From NCBI GenBank assembly GCA_965240135.1, contig CBDEJQ010000029.1, positions 1,592 through 65,591 on the forward strand: a stretch of DNA of 64,000 bases, in the 5' to 3' direction. Within the stretch, counting starts at the first letter, position 1. Each line of letters opens with the position of its first letter. This document shows, piece by piece, positions 28,638 to 38,296 of the stretch. Source of the stretch: an uncultured Candidatus Saccharibacteria bacterium. GTDB lineage: Bacteria; Patescibacteriota; Saccharimonadia; Saccharimonadales; Saccharimonadaceae. Below the pieces are notes generated by a model. It worked only from the letters and a program-made list of their open reading frames with translations, had not been told where the DNA came from and ran no database searches. The position numbers were made by a program, and so were the translations under genes.

Positions 28638-29845
28638 AAATATTAGTAAAAAATCATTTTGAGAACGCTACTCAGGCGCTACGAGCTAATCGTGGGCGAA
28701 CATTCTTGACAATTGTAGGCGTAGCTATTGGAATCGCCAGCATCACCATGGTTCTATCTTTAACTGGCGGATTTAATCACCTATTCGGCGACAATTCCAA
28801 TCAATCATCCGCCCCTGTTGCCATCGTTAAATCTGGCAATCAAAAAGCCGTCCCGAATCTGCTGACTGAATCCGACAACACGACGACAGTCAACACATTG
28901 ACTGAAACGGACGCCAGGGATATAGGAAAAATTGCCAATACGAAAGCCGCGCCAATTGCATTTCTGCACGCCGAACTGCGCGCCCGCGAAGGTAAAATCG
29001 ATATCCAAAACGCCGCGTTAATCGGTAGTACGGAATCGCTAAAAGACGTCGCTAATTTGCAAATTGCTACTGGGCAATTTATTAACGACATCGGCGGAGT
29101 TGTCGTCGGTCAGCAATTGTCGGTCGATTTGTTCGGCACCGAAAGATCCATCGGAAACGTTATTTACATCCGAAATCAGCCGTTAACTGTTGTTGGCGTG
29201 TTAAAAAATATTGAAAATCCAGCCAGTTATTTGGACGTGAATTTTAATAACGCCGCGATTATTCCATTGTCCGTTATTAAAAAATTCACCCAAGGAACGC
29301 CGCAAATTCAGCAAATTATCGTAACTACTAAAGATCATAAAAATCTCAATTCAGTCATAAAATCGGCTGACGATATTTTGAAGAAGAATCATGATAGCGA
29401 TAAGAACTATCGAATCGTTTCTGGCGAAGAAATAAATGAAAAGAAGTCTAATGTCGCGAAGTTCCTCTCGATAATCTTAACTGTCATCGGCATTATTTCT
29501 CTGTTAATCGGTGGAATAGGCGTTATGAACGTGATGCTTGTCAATGTCGCCGAGCGTCAGCGTGAAGTCGGCGTCAGACGAGCCGTCGGCGCCACGGGCT
29601 GGGACATCATCAATCAATTCTTAATCGAGGCAGCAATCATCGGATTCCTCGGCGGAATATTGGGCTACGGCTTAGGCTTGGCGGGAGCTTATATTGCCAG
29701 CTTATACTTGCCACTCACGCCTTATATTTATTGGCAAACAGCCGTCTTATCAATTGGACTATCAATAATCATCGGCGTAATTTCTGGCGTATATCCAGCA
29801 GCCCGCGCCACCAGACGCGACCCAATCGAATCTCTACGATATTAA
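28634..29845 (+). CDS. ABC transporter permease, MacB-like (FtsX family)
   Basis: 403 aa. It has an N-terminal TM, a large periplasmic-type domain and a C-terminal FtsX-type 3-TM bundle (GGIGVMNVMLVNVAERQREVGVRRAVGA). ATGA-type overlap with the ATPase gene. Confidence 0.88.
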   Translation: MKILVKNHFENATQALRANRGRTFLTIVGVAIGIASITMVLSLTGGFNHLFGDNSNQSSAPVAIVKSGNQKAVPNLLTESDNTTTVNTLTETDARDIGKIANTKAAPIAFLHAELRAREGKIDIQNAALIGSTESLKDVANLQIATGQFINDIGGVVVGQQLSVDLFGTERSIGNVIYIRNQPLTVVGVLKNIENPASYLDVNFNNAAIIPLSVIKKFTQGTPQIQQIIVTTKDHKNLNSVIKSADDILKKNHDSDKNYRIVSGEEINEKKSNVAKFLSIILTVIGIISLLIGGIGVMNVMLVNVAERQREVGVRRAVGATGWDIINQFLIEAAIIGFLGGILGYGLGLAGAYIASLYLPLTPYIYWQTAVLSIGLSIIIGVISGVYPAARATRRDPIESLRY

Positions 29846-29846
29846 A

Positions 29847-30887
29847 TTAACTAAGTTCCGCTTTCAATTTTTCAATCAACTGAACTGGACCAGGATTGAC
29901 TCCATTAAGAATAGCTGTGTAAATACTAGCCGCGTCAGCCAGCACCAAACCCCACAGTAATTGTTCCATAAGCGTTTTTCCTCGAAGCTCCAGCACGTGC
30001 GCCTTTGGTCGCTTGCCACTTAACAATCGGTCGCTAAGCTCCATTCGTTCGCGGATTCTGTCGTGTTCCAAATTGCTACGAATATCAAAAACCGTAAATG
30101 GCTTCTCCACAGGATGTGACGACCAGCCGATAAACTCGTTATGATTAAATTCTGGATATTGATTCGAGAACGCCAAATTCTTCGCCGATTCATTCCAGCT
30201 AATTTTCCACTTATACGCCAGCGGCCAAGTCAATTCACCACCAAAAACAACCAGCGTCTTGCCAATTGTTAGTTTCGCAATCTGCTTCGCCAAATTATCA
30301 GCTTCTGGCGTTTTGGCTGTCCAATTAGATATTTCGCCCGCCAACCAATCAGCACTATTTTTCACCTGATCGTACAAGTCATTATCAATCACCCAAAAAT
30401 GTTGTAATAATTTCAATAATCCTCGCAAATGGTAAACCGTCGACATTCGTGGCTGCGCGCCAGCTGGAACTTGGGCGTAAGTTACGTTGTCATTCTTCGC
30501 TCGCTCAATCAACGCTCCACCAGTCGACATAGCCGCCAGACACGCCTTCTTCTCCAGTGCTTGCTGATAACAACTCAGAGTTTCCTCAGTATTGCCCGAA
30601 TGACTAACCGCAATAACCAACGTTTCCTCGCCCACAAATCCCGGTAAATCATAACCCTTCACCACTTCAAGCGGAATATGCAACCAGCCCGCGGTCAGAA
30701 CTCGAACCATATCAGCCGCTAAAGCCGAACCGCCCATTCCCGCGATCACGATATTCTTAAAATCTCGACGCTGATTCGCACCTTCGTGAATCGACACTTC
30801 ATATCGAGCTTGTTCTGGAATATTCAAAACGCCGCTTAAAACGTCGCCTGGATCATATTGCTTTATCACATTCATATCATCTAACAT
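29847..30887 (-). CDS. bifunctional phosphoglucose/phosphomannose isomerase (SIS domain)
   Basis: 346 aa with SIS motifs (IAGMGGSALAAD, VIAVSHSGNTEETL). AAGGAG SD. Confidence 0.7.
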   Translation of the reverse strand: MLDDMNVIKQYDPGDVLSGVLNIPEQARYEVSIHEGANQRRDFKNIVIAGMGGSALAADMVRVLTAGWLHIPLEVVKGYDLPGFVGEETLVIAVSHSGNTEETLSCYQQALEKKACLAAMSTGGALIERAKNDNVTYAQVPAGAQPRMSTVYHLRGLLKLLQHFWVIDNDLYDQVKNSADWLAGEISNWTAKTPEADNLAKQIAKLTIGKTLVVFGGELTWPLAYKWKISWNESAKNLAFSNQYPEFNHNEFIGWSSHPVEKPFTVFDIRSNLEHDRIRERMELSDRLLSGKRPKAHVLELRGKTLMEQLLWGLVLADAASIYTAILNGVNPGPVQLIEKLKAELS

Positions 30888-30964
30888 CTTGCACTCCTTG
30901 ATTAACTCATGTTATAGTGTAACATATATAAGCTTAAACAATTTAATATATAAGGTGGGTTATA

Positions 30965-31474
30965 ATGGATTCTCAAGCTAATCAATCATTCAGTGACGAC
31001 CAAGAACTGGCTAAGGTATTAGCTGGCGTGTCACAAGGTACAGACAATAATTTACAATTCGAAGAAACAAATGCTACAGCTTCACCTGTAATTAATCCTG
31101 CAACCATCTCACCGGACCCTGTCGCTACAGATCAGAACGATGAGCCTGCTACTGACATAACGAAGCCTACTGCTCCAGAGCCAGTTGCGCCAACTCCATC
31201 AGTCAGCACTCCAGCTCCAGCTACAGCCACAGATCCTGCGCTTGATACGATTAAGCAAACTGCCTTGAACGAGTTGCGTCCATTAGTCGACAAGCTGGAC
31301 GTTTCTCCAGAAGAAAAGTTTGATACTTACCTATTACTTCTTCGCTCTACGGACGATAAAACTCTGATCGCGCCAGCACACGACGCTGCCGTAGCTATTG
31401 TTGACGAAGCTCGCCGCGCTCAGGCTCTCCTGGATATCATTAAAGAAATCGACTATTTCTCAAATCCTCGTTAA
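30965..31474 (+). CDS. hypothetical Pro/Thr/Ala-rich protein
   Basis: 169 aa with AAGGTGG SD. No recognisable domain. Confidence 0.55.
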   Translation: MDSQANQSFSDDQELAKVLAGVSQGTDNNLQFEETNATASPVINPATISPDPVATDQNDEPATDITKPTAPEPVAPTPSVSTPAPATATDPALDTIKQTALNELRPLVDKLDVSPEEKFDTYLLLLRSTDDKTLIAPAHDAAVAIVDEARRAQALLDIIKEIDYFSNPR

Positions 31475-31487
31475 GCCATTTCTCCAA

Positions 31488-31520
31488 AATAAAAACCCGC
31501 CATTTTCGGCGGGATTTTTA
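31488..31520. terminator. bidirectional intrinsic terminator between the 30965 gene (+) and groEL (-)
   Basis: Stem CCCGCC / GGCGGG with loop ATTTTC. An A-run lies upstream and a T-run downstream. Confidence 0.7.
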
Positions 31521-31535
31521 TTGCTCGGGGCAGAT

Positions 31536-33179
31536 TTACATCATACCCATTCCCGGCATACCACCAGGAGCAGCTGCAACTTCAGCCTCCGGAATGTCAA
31601 CCACCAAAGCGCCCATAGTTGCCGCAATTGACGCAATTGACACTGCATTTTGAACAGCTTCTTTAGTCACGCGAGCTGGGTCAATAACGCCAGCCTTCTT
31701 CACGTCAATCAGACCATCTTCTGGCTTCATAACGTTAACGCCGAATCCAGGTTTGCCAGATTCAACTTGAGCAAGCAACGCGTCGGCATTCAACCCAGCA
31801 TTTTTCATAATCTGCAAGAACGGTTGCTTCAGAGCGTCTTTTAGGATTTGTCGACCAACCGACAAACTCTCCGCGCCGCTAACTTTTAGATTGCCAGCCA
31901 AATTGACCAAAGTTACGCCACCACCAGCGACAATTCCCTCAGCCAAAGCCGCCTTAGTAGCCGCCACAGCATCATCAACGCGGAATTTCTTTTCATCAAT
32001 TTCCGTCTCAGTCGCGCCACCAACCTTAATAACCGCAACCTTGCCAGACAATGCCGCGGCACGCTTGTCGAATTGCTCTTTCTCATACTCACTAGAAGCA
32101 TTTTCCGAAAGCGACTTAATCTCAGCAATTCGCTCCTTCACACCTGAAGGTTTGCCTGCGCCTTCGATAATTGTCGTTTCGTCTTTTCCGACAATCACCT
32201 TGCGCGCCGAACCCAAAACTTCTAAGCCAGCGTTTTCGAATGTCAATCCGTGATCTTCAGAAATCACAGTTGCGCCAGTCAGCACAGCGATATCACGAAG
32301 AACATCCTTGCGACGGTCGCCGAAACTTGGCGCCTTAACGGCTACAGTATTGAATACGCCCTTCAATTTGTTCAAGACCAAAATACTCAATGCTTCGCCT
32401 TCAACTTCATCAGCAATCAGAACAACGTCCTTTTTACCGCTTTGTGCCAATTTTTCCAACATTGGCAAGAATTCCTGCACGCTAGAAATCTTCTTATCAG
32501 TGATTAGAATTGCTGGCTTTTCGTACACAGCTTCCTGGCGACCCGCGTCAGTAACAAAGAATGGACTCACCCAACCCTTGTCCAAGCTAAAACCTTCGAC
32601 AACTTCAGCTTCCAGCTCCAAACCTTGACCAGCCTCAACAGTAACCACGCCGTCTTTGCCAACTTTCTCGATTACGCCAGCGATCAATTTACCAATTTCC
32701 GCATCTCCCGCCGAAATCGTAGCAACTTCAGCCACGCGGTCAGACTTGCCTTCAATCGGCTCAGCCAATTTGTTCAACTCTTTAACAATTTCCGCGCCAG
32801 CTTGCTCGATGCCTTTCCTAAGTTCCATCGGATTATGTCCAGCCGCAATCAATCGATTCGCCTCTTTCAAAATTGAATACGTCAACACCGTTACAGTCGT
32901 CGTGCCGTCGCCTGCTTGCTTGTTCAAATTCTTAGCGGCTTGCTTGATTAAATCAGTACCGACTTTGTAGCCCAGCGTTTCGTCATCGTTTTCTGGCAAT
33001 TCAATTCCTTCAGCCACAGTTACGCCGTCATGAGTAACCGTTGGACCGCCAAAACCCTTCGCAATCACAACGTTGCGACCCTTCGGACCGTAAGTTACTT
33101 TAACTGCGTCATATAGCGATTTAGCTCCGCCAAGCACGCGATTTCGCGCATCGTCATCATAAAAAACTTTTTTTGCCAT
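31536..33179 (-). CDS. groL: chaperonin GroEL
   Basis: MAKKVFYDDDARNRVLGG...AGDGTTT... with a C-terminal GGMPGMGMM tail. The start at 33179 has an AAGGGGAG SD. The ORF-track start at 33206 would overlap groES. Confidence 0.97.
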   Translation of the reverse strand: MAKKVFYDDDARNRVLGGAKSLYDAVKVTYGPKGRNVVIAKGFGGPTVTHDGVTVAEGIELPENDDETLGYKVGTDLIKQAAKNLNKQAGDGTTTVTVLTYSILKEANRLIAAGHNPMELRKGIEQAGAEIVKELNKLAEPIEGKSDRVAEVATISAGDAEIGKLIAGVIEKVGKDGVVTVEAGQGLELEAEVVEGFSLDKGWVSPFFVTDAGRQEAVYEKPAILITDKKISSVQEFLPMLEKLAQSGKKDVVLIADEVEGEALSILVLNKLKGVFNTVAVKAPSFGDRRKDVLRDIAVLTGATVISEDHGLTFENAGLEVLGSARKVIVGKDETTIIEGAGKPSGVKERIAEIKSLSENASSEYEKEQFDKRAAALSGKVAVIKVGGATETEIDEKKFRVDDAVAATKAALAEGIVAGGGVTLVNLAGNLKVSGAESLSVGRQILKDALKQPFLQIMKNAGLNADALLAQVESGKPGFGVNVMKPEDGLIDVKKAGVIDPARVTKEAVQNAVSIASIAATMGALVVDIPEAEVAAAPGGMPGMGMM

Positions 33180-33195
33180 AGTTAAACTCCCCTTT

Positions 33196-33477
33196 TTATC
33201 CAACAACCGTTGCTAAAATATCTTCTTCGCGAACAACCAAATATTCCGTGCCGTCAATTTTCAAATCCGTAGTCGAATATTCTTTGTAGACAATCCGATC
33301 ACCGACTTTGACGTTCTTCACGTCGCCGCCAACTGCTTTAACTTCCGCAACTACTGGCTTTTCTTTAGCGTTATCAGGCAAGTAAATTCCGCTCGCTGTC
33401 TGAGTCTTTGCTTCTTCACGCACCGCTACAACACGATCGCCAAGAGGCTTAATAGGTGTACTCACGTTATCCTCCAT
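33196..33477 (-). CDS. groS: co-chaperonin GroES
   Basis: IKPLGDRVVAVREEAKTQTASGIYLP matches GroES. The ORF-track start at 33525 lies inside the CIRCE operator and is rejected. The start is either ATG 33477 or GTG 33465, which is preceded by GGAGGA. Confidence 0.93.
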   Translation of the reverse strand: MEDNVSTPIKPLGDRVVAVREEAKTQTASGIYLPDNAKEKPVVAEVKAVGGDVKNVKVGDRIVYKEYSTTDLKIDGTEYLVVREEDILATVVG

Positions 33478-33511
33478 TTCGTTAACAACGTATCTATTGT
33501 AACGCACTAAT

Positions 33512-33538
33512 TTAGCACTCGTCAAGTGTGAGTGCTAA
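33512..33538. promoter_or_regulatory. CIRCE operator (HrcA binding site) of groES-groEL
   Basis: TTAGCACTC-GTCAAGTGT-GAGTGCTAA is a perfect match to the consensus TTAGCACTC-N9-GAGTGCTAA. In the minus-strand sense, TTGACG in the spacer and TACAAT 18 nt downstream form an overlapping promoter. Confidence 0.92.
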
Positions 33539-33637
33539 TTATCTCCTACGCCTCGACTTTCTAGATTTTTTACAACGGTCGTGGTAATATTCACACAGAA
33601 GTAGGTAGCGCCACCCGTATTGAATGGGAAAGCGGAC

Positions 33638-34546
33638 CTACTTCTTTTTATGACAACTGACTTCTTTCCTAACTATTTTTTCAAGTTCTGTCTCATAAAA
33701 TGAACACACCCTTTTAACAGCTTTGTTGCTCGGCATTAAATTATCTTCATAAAAACCAAAGTCACCCCGTCTATGATCGAAACCAGACCAAATAGCGCGA
33801 TATCCCTCATCACGGTCGCTATTATTAGCATTCCGCGCAGAGTCTGGCGTTGATTTTACATCAAGACCAATTATATGTTCACCACCATAATTATCCTTAT
33901 ACTCAACTATAAGATCTCTTCCAGAGAGATCACCGTCAATGCCAGTCGCATAAACAGCCCGCACTCCCTTAGTTTTCCTTAAAGCTATTTCAGCGGCGAT
34001 TTCGTGACGCATGCCATTGATCACGTGAGCTAAGAATTTATATGCATTTTCAATTTCCTCATCGCCATAGCCAAGACAATCCATAGCGCCCTGAACATCC
34101 GATATAAGTTCTGATTTGCGAGTATATTGTCCTTCGCTAATTATGTCTCGTACAACCTTATTAAAAGCTACAACTGTCTCTTTTTCTCTTATCTTATTAT
34201 TGCGCTCATAAAATACCCCATTCCTATAAGATTCAAGTTTTTCTTCCGCTCGAATCCAATAAGGCATGACTCGTATTAATTCCAGTATTTTATCTTCCGG
34301 TGCTTTATCTGTGTCACCTCTCTCTTTTAAAATATCATCCGCAACACCTGACGCAACATATCTATCCACTAATCGATATGAACTTTCCGGATTAAACTCT
34401 CTGGTTGCAGCTCGCCCTATTCCTAATACAATTTCACGCAGTCTTTCTTGATATTTGGAAGATTCAACAATCTCCCAAGCAACCTCAGCTACTCCTGATC
34501 CTCTAGCAATCTCCATACAATAGTTGATATAATACCATAAAATCAT
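33638..34546 (-). CDS. hypothetical protein, possible PD-(D/E)xK nuclease-like core
   Basis: About 300 aa. MRHEIAAEIAL ... GRDLIVEY ... IGLDVKST resembles the E / D / (D/E)xK arrangement. The start is uncertain (ATG 34546 or 34516). Confidence 0.5.
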   Translation of the reverse strand: MILWYYINYCMEIARGSGVAEVAWEIVESSKYQERLREIVLGIGRAATREFNPESSYRLVDRYVASGVADDILKERGDTDKAPEDKILELIRVMPYWIRAEEKLESYRNGVFYERNNKIREKETVVAFNKVVRDIISEGQYTRKSELISDVQGAMDCLGYGDEEIENAYKFLAHVINGMRHEIAAEIALRKTKGVRAVYATGIDGDLSGRDLIVEYKDNYGGEHIIGLDVKSTPDSARNANNSDRDEGYRAIWSGFDHRRGDFGFYEDNLMPSNKAVKRVCSFYETELEKIVRKEVSCHKKK

Positions 34547-34588
34547 TAAAAATGCAACCTCAACCCTTCTCCCTACTATTCCTCAATC

Positions 34589-34597
34589 TGTTATAAT
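34589..34597 (+). promoter_or_regulatory. extended -10 TGTTATAAT, 6 nt before the murF ATG 34604
   Basis: Read directly from the sequence. The gap is AACTCC and there is no SD. Confidence 0.5.
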
Positions 34598-34603
34598 AAC
34601 TCC

Positions 34604-35893
34604 ATGCAATTATTCAAACATCTCTTAGAAACAATTCTCGGTTCTTATGTAAAAAAATATCTTAAATCTCATCCTGACACCAAACTAATTGCCGTAGTCG
34701 GCAGCGTTGGTAAAACTAGCGTAAAATCAGCAACCGCCACTGTTCTATCAGAAAAATTCACCGTGCGCCATAGTCGTGGCAATTTAAACACAACCTTAAG
34801 TGCGCCGCTGGAAATCTTAGGCGTAGACGGGCCAAAAAACGCCAAATCTCCCCTAGCCTGGCTAAAAGTCTTCTTCGCAGCACACGCCAGCGTAAAAAAC
34901 CCCGAATCGCCAGATATAATTATTCAAGAATGCGGCATTGATTGTCCTGGTGAAATGGCTACTTTTATGCGCTATATTCAACCCGACATTGCCATAATTA
35001 CCTCTGTTGCTCCTGAGCATATGGAGTTTTTCAAAAATATGGATACGGTAGCTCATGAGGAATTGTCTATTAGTCAAGTCGCTAAAAAAACCATCTTCAA
35101 CCTTCACGATATCGATGAAAAATATCATAATCTCATAGTTGGAAATCGCGTGAGTTACGGCGACGAATCCGCTGATGTTTTCCTGGAAATTAAAAAAACT
35201 ACAGACACTGGTTGTATTGTCAATCTGAAACACTCCGAAAAAACTTCTCAGGATATAAATATTTCTGTATTAGGCAAACACAATATTCGCTCAATCACTG
35301 GCGCAGCGGCGGCGGGGTTAGCTTGCGGAATGAATATTGAAGAAGTTGCGGCAGCCTTAACAAAAATCAGACCAGTTTCAGGAAGAATGAATATTTTACG
35401 TGGCATACGCGGCTGCACATTACTGGACGACACTTACAACGCCAGCCCTATTGCCATGGAAAATTCGTTAAAAACGCTCTATTCCATCTCTGCCAATCAC
35501 AAGATTGCCGTGTTGGGCGATATGAATGAATTGGGTGAAACATCCGAATCGGAGCATAAAAAAATCGGTGAAATTTGTGACCCTAAACAGTTAGAATTGC
35601 TCATCACCGTCGGTAAAATGGCTAAAAAACACCTCGCACCAATTGCTGAAAAAAATGGCTGTAAAGTAATCTCTTTTGACACAGCGCTTGAAGCTGGAGA
35701 ATTCCTGAAAAATAGCGACATTAAAGATACAACAATTCTATTCAAAGGCTCGCAGGGCGGCATTTACCTTGAAGACGCCGTGAAAGAACTATTACTCAAC
35801 CCAAGCGATGCAGAAAAATTAGTTCGTCAATCACAAAGCTGGAAACAGATTAAAGCGAAATTTTACGACTCTTTTTCTCAATCTCAGAAATAA
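34604..35893 (+). CDS. murF: UDP-N-acetylmuramoyl-tripeptide--D-alanyl-D-alanine ligase
   Basis: Mur ligase P-loop VVGSVGKTSVK, plus LLDDTYNASP and GDMNELG motifs. Confidence 0.85.
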   Translation: MQLFKHLLETILGSYVKKYLKSHPDTKLIAVVGSVGKTSVKSATATVLSEKFTVRHSRGNLNTTLSAPLEILGVDGPKNAKSPLAWLKVFFAAHASVKNPESPDIIIQECGIDCPGEMATFMRYIQPDIAIITSVAPEHMEFFKNMDTVAHEELSISQVAKKTIFNLHDIDEKYHNLIVGNRVSYGDESADVFLEIKKTTDTGCIVNLKHSEKTSQDINISVLGKHNIRSITGAAAAGLACGMNIEEVAAALTKIRPVSGRMNILRGIRGCTLLDDTYNASPIAMENSLKTLYSISANHKIAVLGDMNELGETSESEHKKIGEICDPKQLELLITVGKMAKKHLAPIAEKNGCKVISFDTALEAGEFLKNSDIKDTTILFKGSQGGIYLEDAVKELLLNPSDAEKLVRQSQSWKQIKAKFYDSFSQSQK

Positions 35894-37166
35894 TTTCCTG
35901 AACGACCTTCTTGTCGTTCCACGGAATTCGCTTGCCATTTACAATTCGGTACTGCTCATGACCCATGCCAGTAATCAGAATCGTATCGCCACGAACAGCC
36001 GACTTCAAAGCCTGATAAATCGCCTGTTTCCGATCAGCAATTTCCGTCATCTTATGAGCCTTTTTCGTTCGCTCAATTCCCTGACGAATCATTGCCCGAA
36101 TTTCATCTGGATTTTCGTTATAGCTTTCCTCGTCAGTTAGGAAAATCCTATCCGCCAAATTAGCCGCCAGCTCGCCCATAATCGGTCGCTTTGTCTTATC
36201 TCTGTCACCACACGCACCAAACACCAAAGTTAATCGCCCTTTGGTAATTTTATGAGTGGTTTTTAGCAATTTTTCCAACGCGTCTGGCGTGTGAGCATAA
36301 TCCACAATAATATCAATTCCAAGCTTATTTTCTACTCGCTCGAATCTTCCAGGAATCGCTTCCAAATTCGCCACGCCCTCTTGGATATCTTCCAACTTTA
36401 TTCCCAACAAATACGCCAACGACACCGCAGCCGACATATTCATCACGTTAAATTCGCCAGGCAAATTAGTCGCCAACTCCAAATGAGTTTGATGATCAAT
36501 TAACAAACTCGCCTCTGTTCCCTTTTTATATAACTTAACGTGCGTTAAGTGAGCTTCAGCTTCCGGATTTGTTCCGTAAGTCATTTTCTCGCCAGAAGCC
36601 GTAAACTTGTCAAAGTATTCAAACCACTCGTCATCACGATTCAGCACGATATATTTCGGCTTTTTCTCAAACAGTTTAGCCTTAGCCGCCGCGTAAGCTT
36701 CCATCGTTTTGTGATAATCCAAATGGTCTTGAGTCAAATTAGTCATCACCGCCGCCTCAATTGGCACGCCGTCAAATTTATGCTGCGACAGAGCGTGACT
36801 TGTCGCCTCTAAAATCACATATTCCGCACCTTCGCGCTGAGCTGTCTGGAAAAAGCTAAACAGCCTCGCCACAGTCGGAACCGTCGCATTCAAATCATTT
36901 ATCTTTTCCTTGCCAGCAATTTCAATCACCGCCGTCGTAAATAATGCAGTCTTAAAGCCAGCCTCTTTCAAGATCTCATTGATATAACAAGCGGTCGTAG
37001 TTTTCCCGTTCGTCCCTGTTACTGCGATAATTCTCAAGCCACGAGCTGGATTGCCATATCTTAGGCTAATCATCTTCGTGCGCGCAACTCTATAGGCGTT
37101 TTCGGTTTTTTCCAAAGCTCCTTGAGGTAGCGTTTTTCTAGCAATTTTTACCAACTCGTTTTTCAT
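35850..37166 (-). CDS. murE: UDP-N-acetylmuramoyl-L-alanyl-D-glutamate--(L-Lys or meso-DAP) ligase
   Basis: Mur ligase P-loop AVTGTNGKTTT, plus DYAHTPDALE. The start is taken at MKNELV (37166), which is 7 nt after TGGTAAAAT. The longer ORF-track N-terminus would overlap tsaD. Confidence 0.85.
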   Translation of the reverse strand: MKNELVKIARKTLPQGALEKTENAYRVARTKMISLRYGNPARGLRIIAVTGTNGKTTTACYINEILKEAGFKTALFTTAVIEIAGKEKINDLNATVPTVARLFSFFQTAQREGAEYVILEATSHALSQHKFDGVPIEAAVMTNLTQDHLDYHKTMEAYAAAKAKLFEKKPKYIVLNRDDEWFEYFDKFTASGEKMTYGTNPEAEAHLTHVKLYKKGTEASLLIDHQTHLELATNLPGEFNVMNMSAAVSLAYLLGIKLEDIQEGVANLEAIPGRFERVENKLGIDIIVDYAHTPDALEKLLKTTHKITKGRLTLVFGACGDRDKTKRPIMGELAANLADRIFLTDEESYNENPDEIRAMIRQGIERTKKAHKMTEIADRKQAIYQALKSAVRGDTILITGMGHEQYRIVNGKRIPWNDKKVVQEIISEIEKKSRKISL

Positions 37167-37173
37167 AATACCC

Positions 37174-37199
37174 ATTTTACCACTTATATTTGCTATAAT
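37174..37199. promoter_or_regulatory. back-to-back extended -10 elements for murE (-) and tsaD (+)
   Basis: On the minus strand, TGGTAAAAT (37182-37174) lies 7 nt before ATG 37166. On the plus strand, TGCTATAAT (37191-37199) lies 8 nt before ATG 37208. Confidence 0.45.
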
Positions 37200-37207
37200 A
37201 AAAACAA

Positions 37208-38278
37208 ATGAGGATTTTGGGAATTGAATCCAGTTGCGACGAAACAGCGGCGTCAATAGTTGAAGATGGCGAACGCTTGCTTTCAAATGTCGTCAATTCA
37301 CAAATCGATATTCACGCAGAATACGGCGGAGTTATTCCAGAAATTGCCGCTCGCAGCCACTTGGAAGTTGTAAATCCCGTCATTAAAAAAGCCTTGTCTG
37401 ACGCAAATTGCACTTGGGATGATATCGACGCCATCGCCGTTACTTACGCGCCGGGACTTATTGGCTCGCTATTAATCGGCACTCTCGCCGCCAGAACTCT
37501 CGCTATTATTCACAATAAGCCGCTCTTTAAGATTCATCACGTAGAAGCTCACGTGTACGCCAATTTTATCAATAAGCAGGCCGACAATTTATCTCTAACA
37601 TTGCCGAAACAACAGCCGTCATTCCCTATGCTTTCGTTGATCGTTTCAGGCGGGCATTCACAACTTGTCCTATTTAAAAATCACTGTAATTATCAACTTA
37701 TTGGACAAACTCAAGACGACGCGGTTGGCGAAGCGTTTGATAAAGTTGCTAAAATCATCGGCTTACCTTATCCTGGCGGCCCAGCCATTGCTAAAGTCGC
37801 TGAACTTGGCGATCCGCACGCGTTCCACTTACCTATCGCCAAATTATCCGGCGAATACGATTTTTCCTTCTCTGGGCTTAAGACAGCCGTTTTGAGAGCC
37901 GTTCAGCACGAAGTCGGTAAAGACTTCACTTTTCCCTCTCATGAGCTTCCAGCGCTCGTAGATGACGAATTACGACGTAATATGGCGGCGAGTTTCCAAT
38001 ATACAGCCATAAAAACTCTCGTAAATAAAACAAAGAAGGCGTTTGACAATTTCCAGCCAGCCTCTGTCGTAATCGCTGGCGGAGTCGCAGCTAATCAAGA
38101 ATTGCGCCGTCAATTACGCGAAGCTTTGCCAATTGACATCGAATATGCCCCTATCCAACTCTGTACAGATAACGCCGCGATGATTGCTACTCTCGGTTAT
38201 TTCAGATCTCAAATTGACGAACCGACAGATCCATACGACCTGGAAGTTCAGCCAAGTTTATCAATGACAGCAATATAA
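37208..38278 (+). CDS. tsaD: tRNA N6-adenosine threonylcarbamoyltransferase
   Basis: MRILGIESSCDETAASIV N-terminus. Also HVEAHVYANF and SGGVAAN-type motifs. Confidence 0.93.
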   Translation: MRILGIESSCDETAASIVEDGERLLSNVVNSQIDIHAEYGGVIPEIAARSHLEVVNPVIKKALSDANCTWDDIDAIAVTYAPGLIGSLLIGTLAARTLAIIHNKPLFKIHHVEAHVYANFINKQADNLSLTLPKQQPSFPMLSLIVSGGHSQLVLFKNHCNYQLIGQTQDDAVGEAFDKVAKIIGLPYPGGPAIAKVAELGDPHAFHLPIAKLSGEYDFSFSGLKTAVLRAVQHEVGKDFTFPSHELPALVDDELRRNMAASFQYTAIKTLVNKTKKAFDNFQPASVVIAGGVAANQELRRQLREALPIDIEYAPIQLCTDNAAMIATLGYFRSQIDEPTDPYDLEVQPSLSMTAI

Positions 38279-38296
38279 CGTTGTGAGGATTACAAC

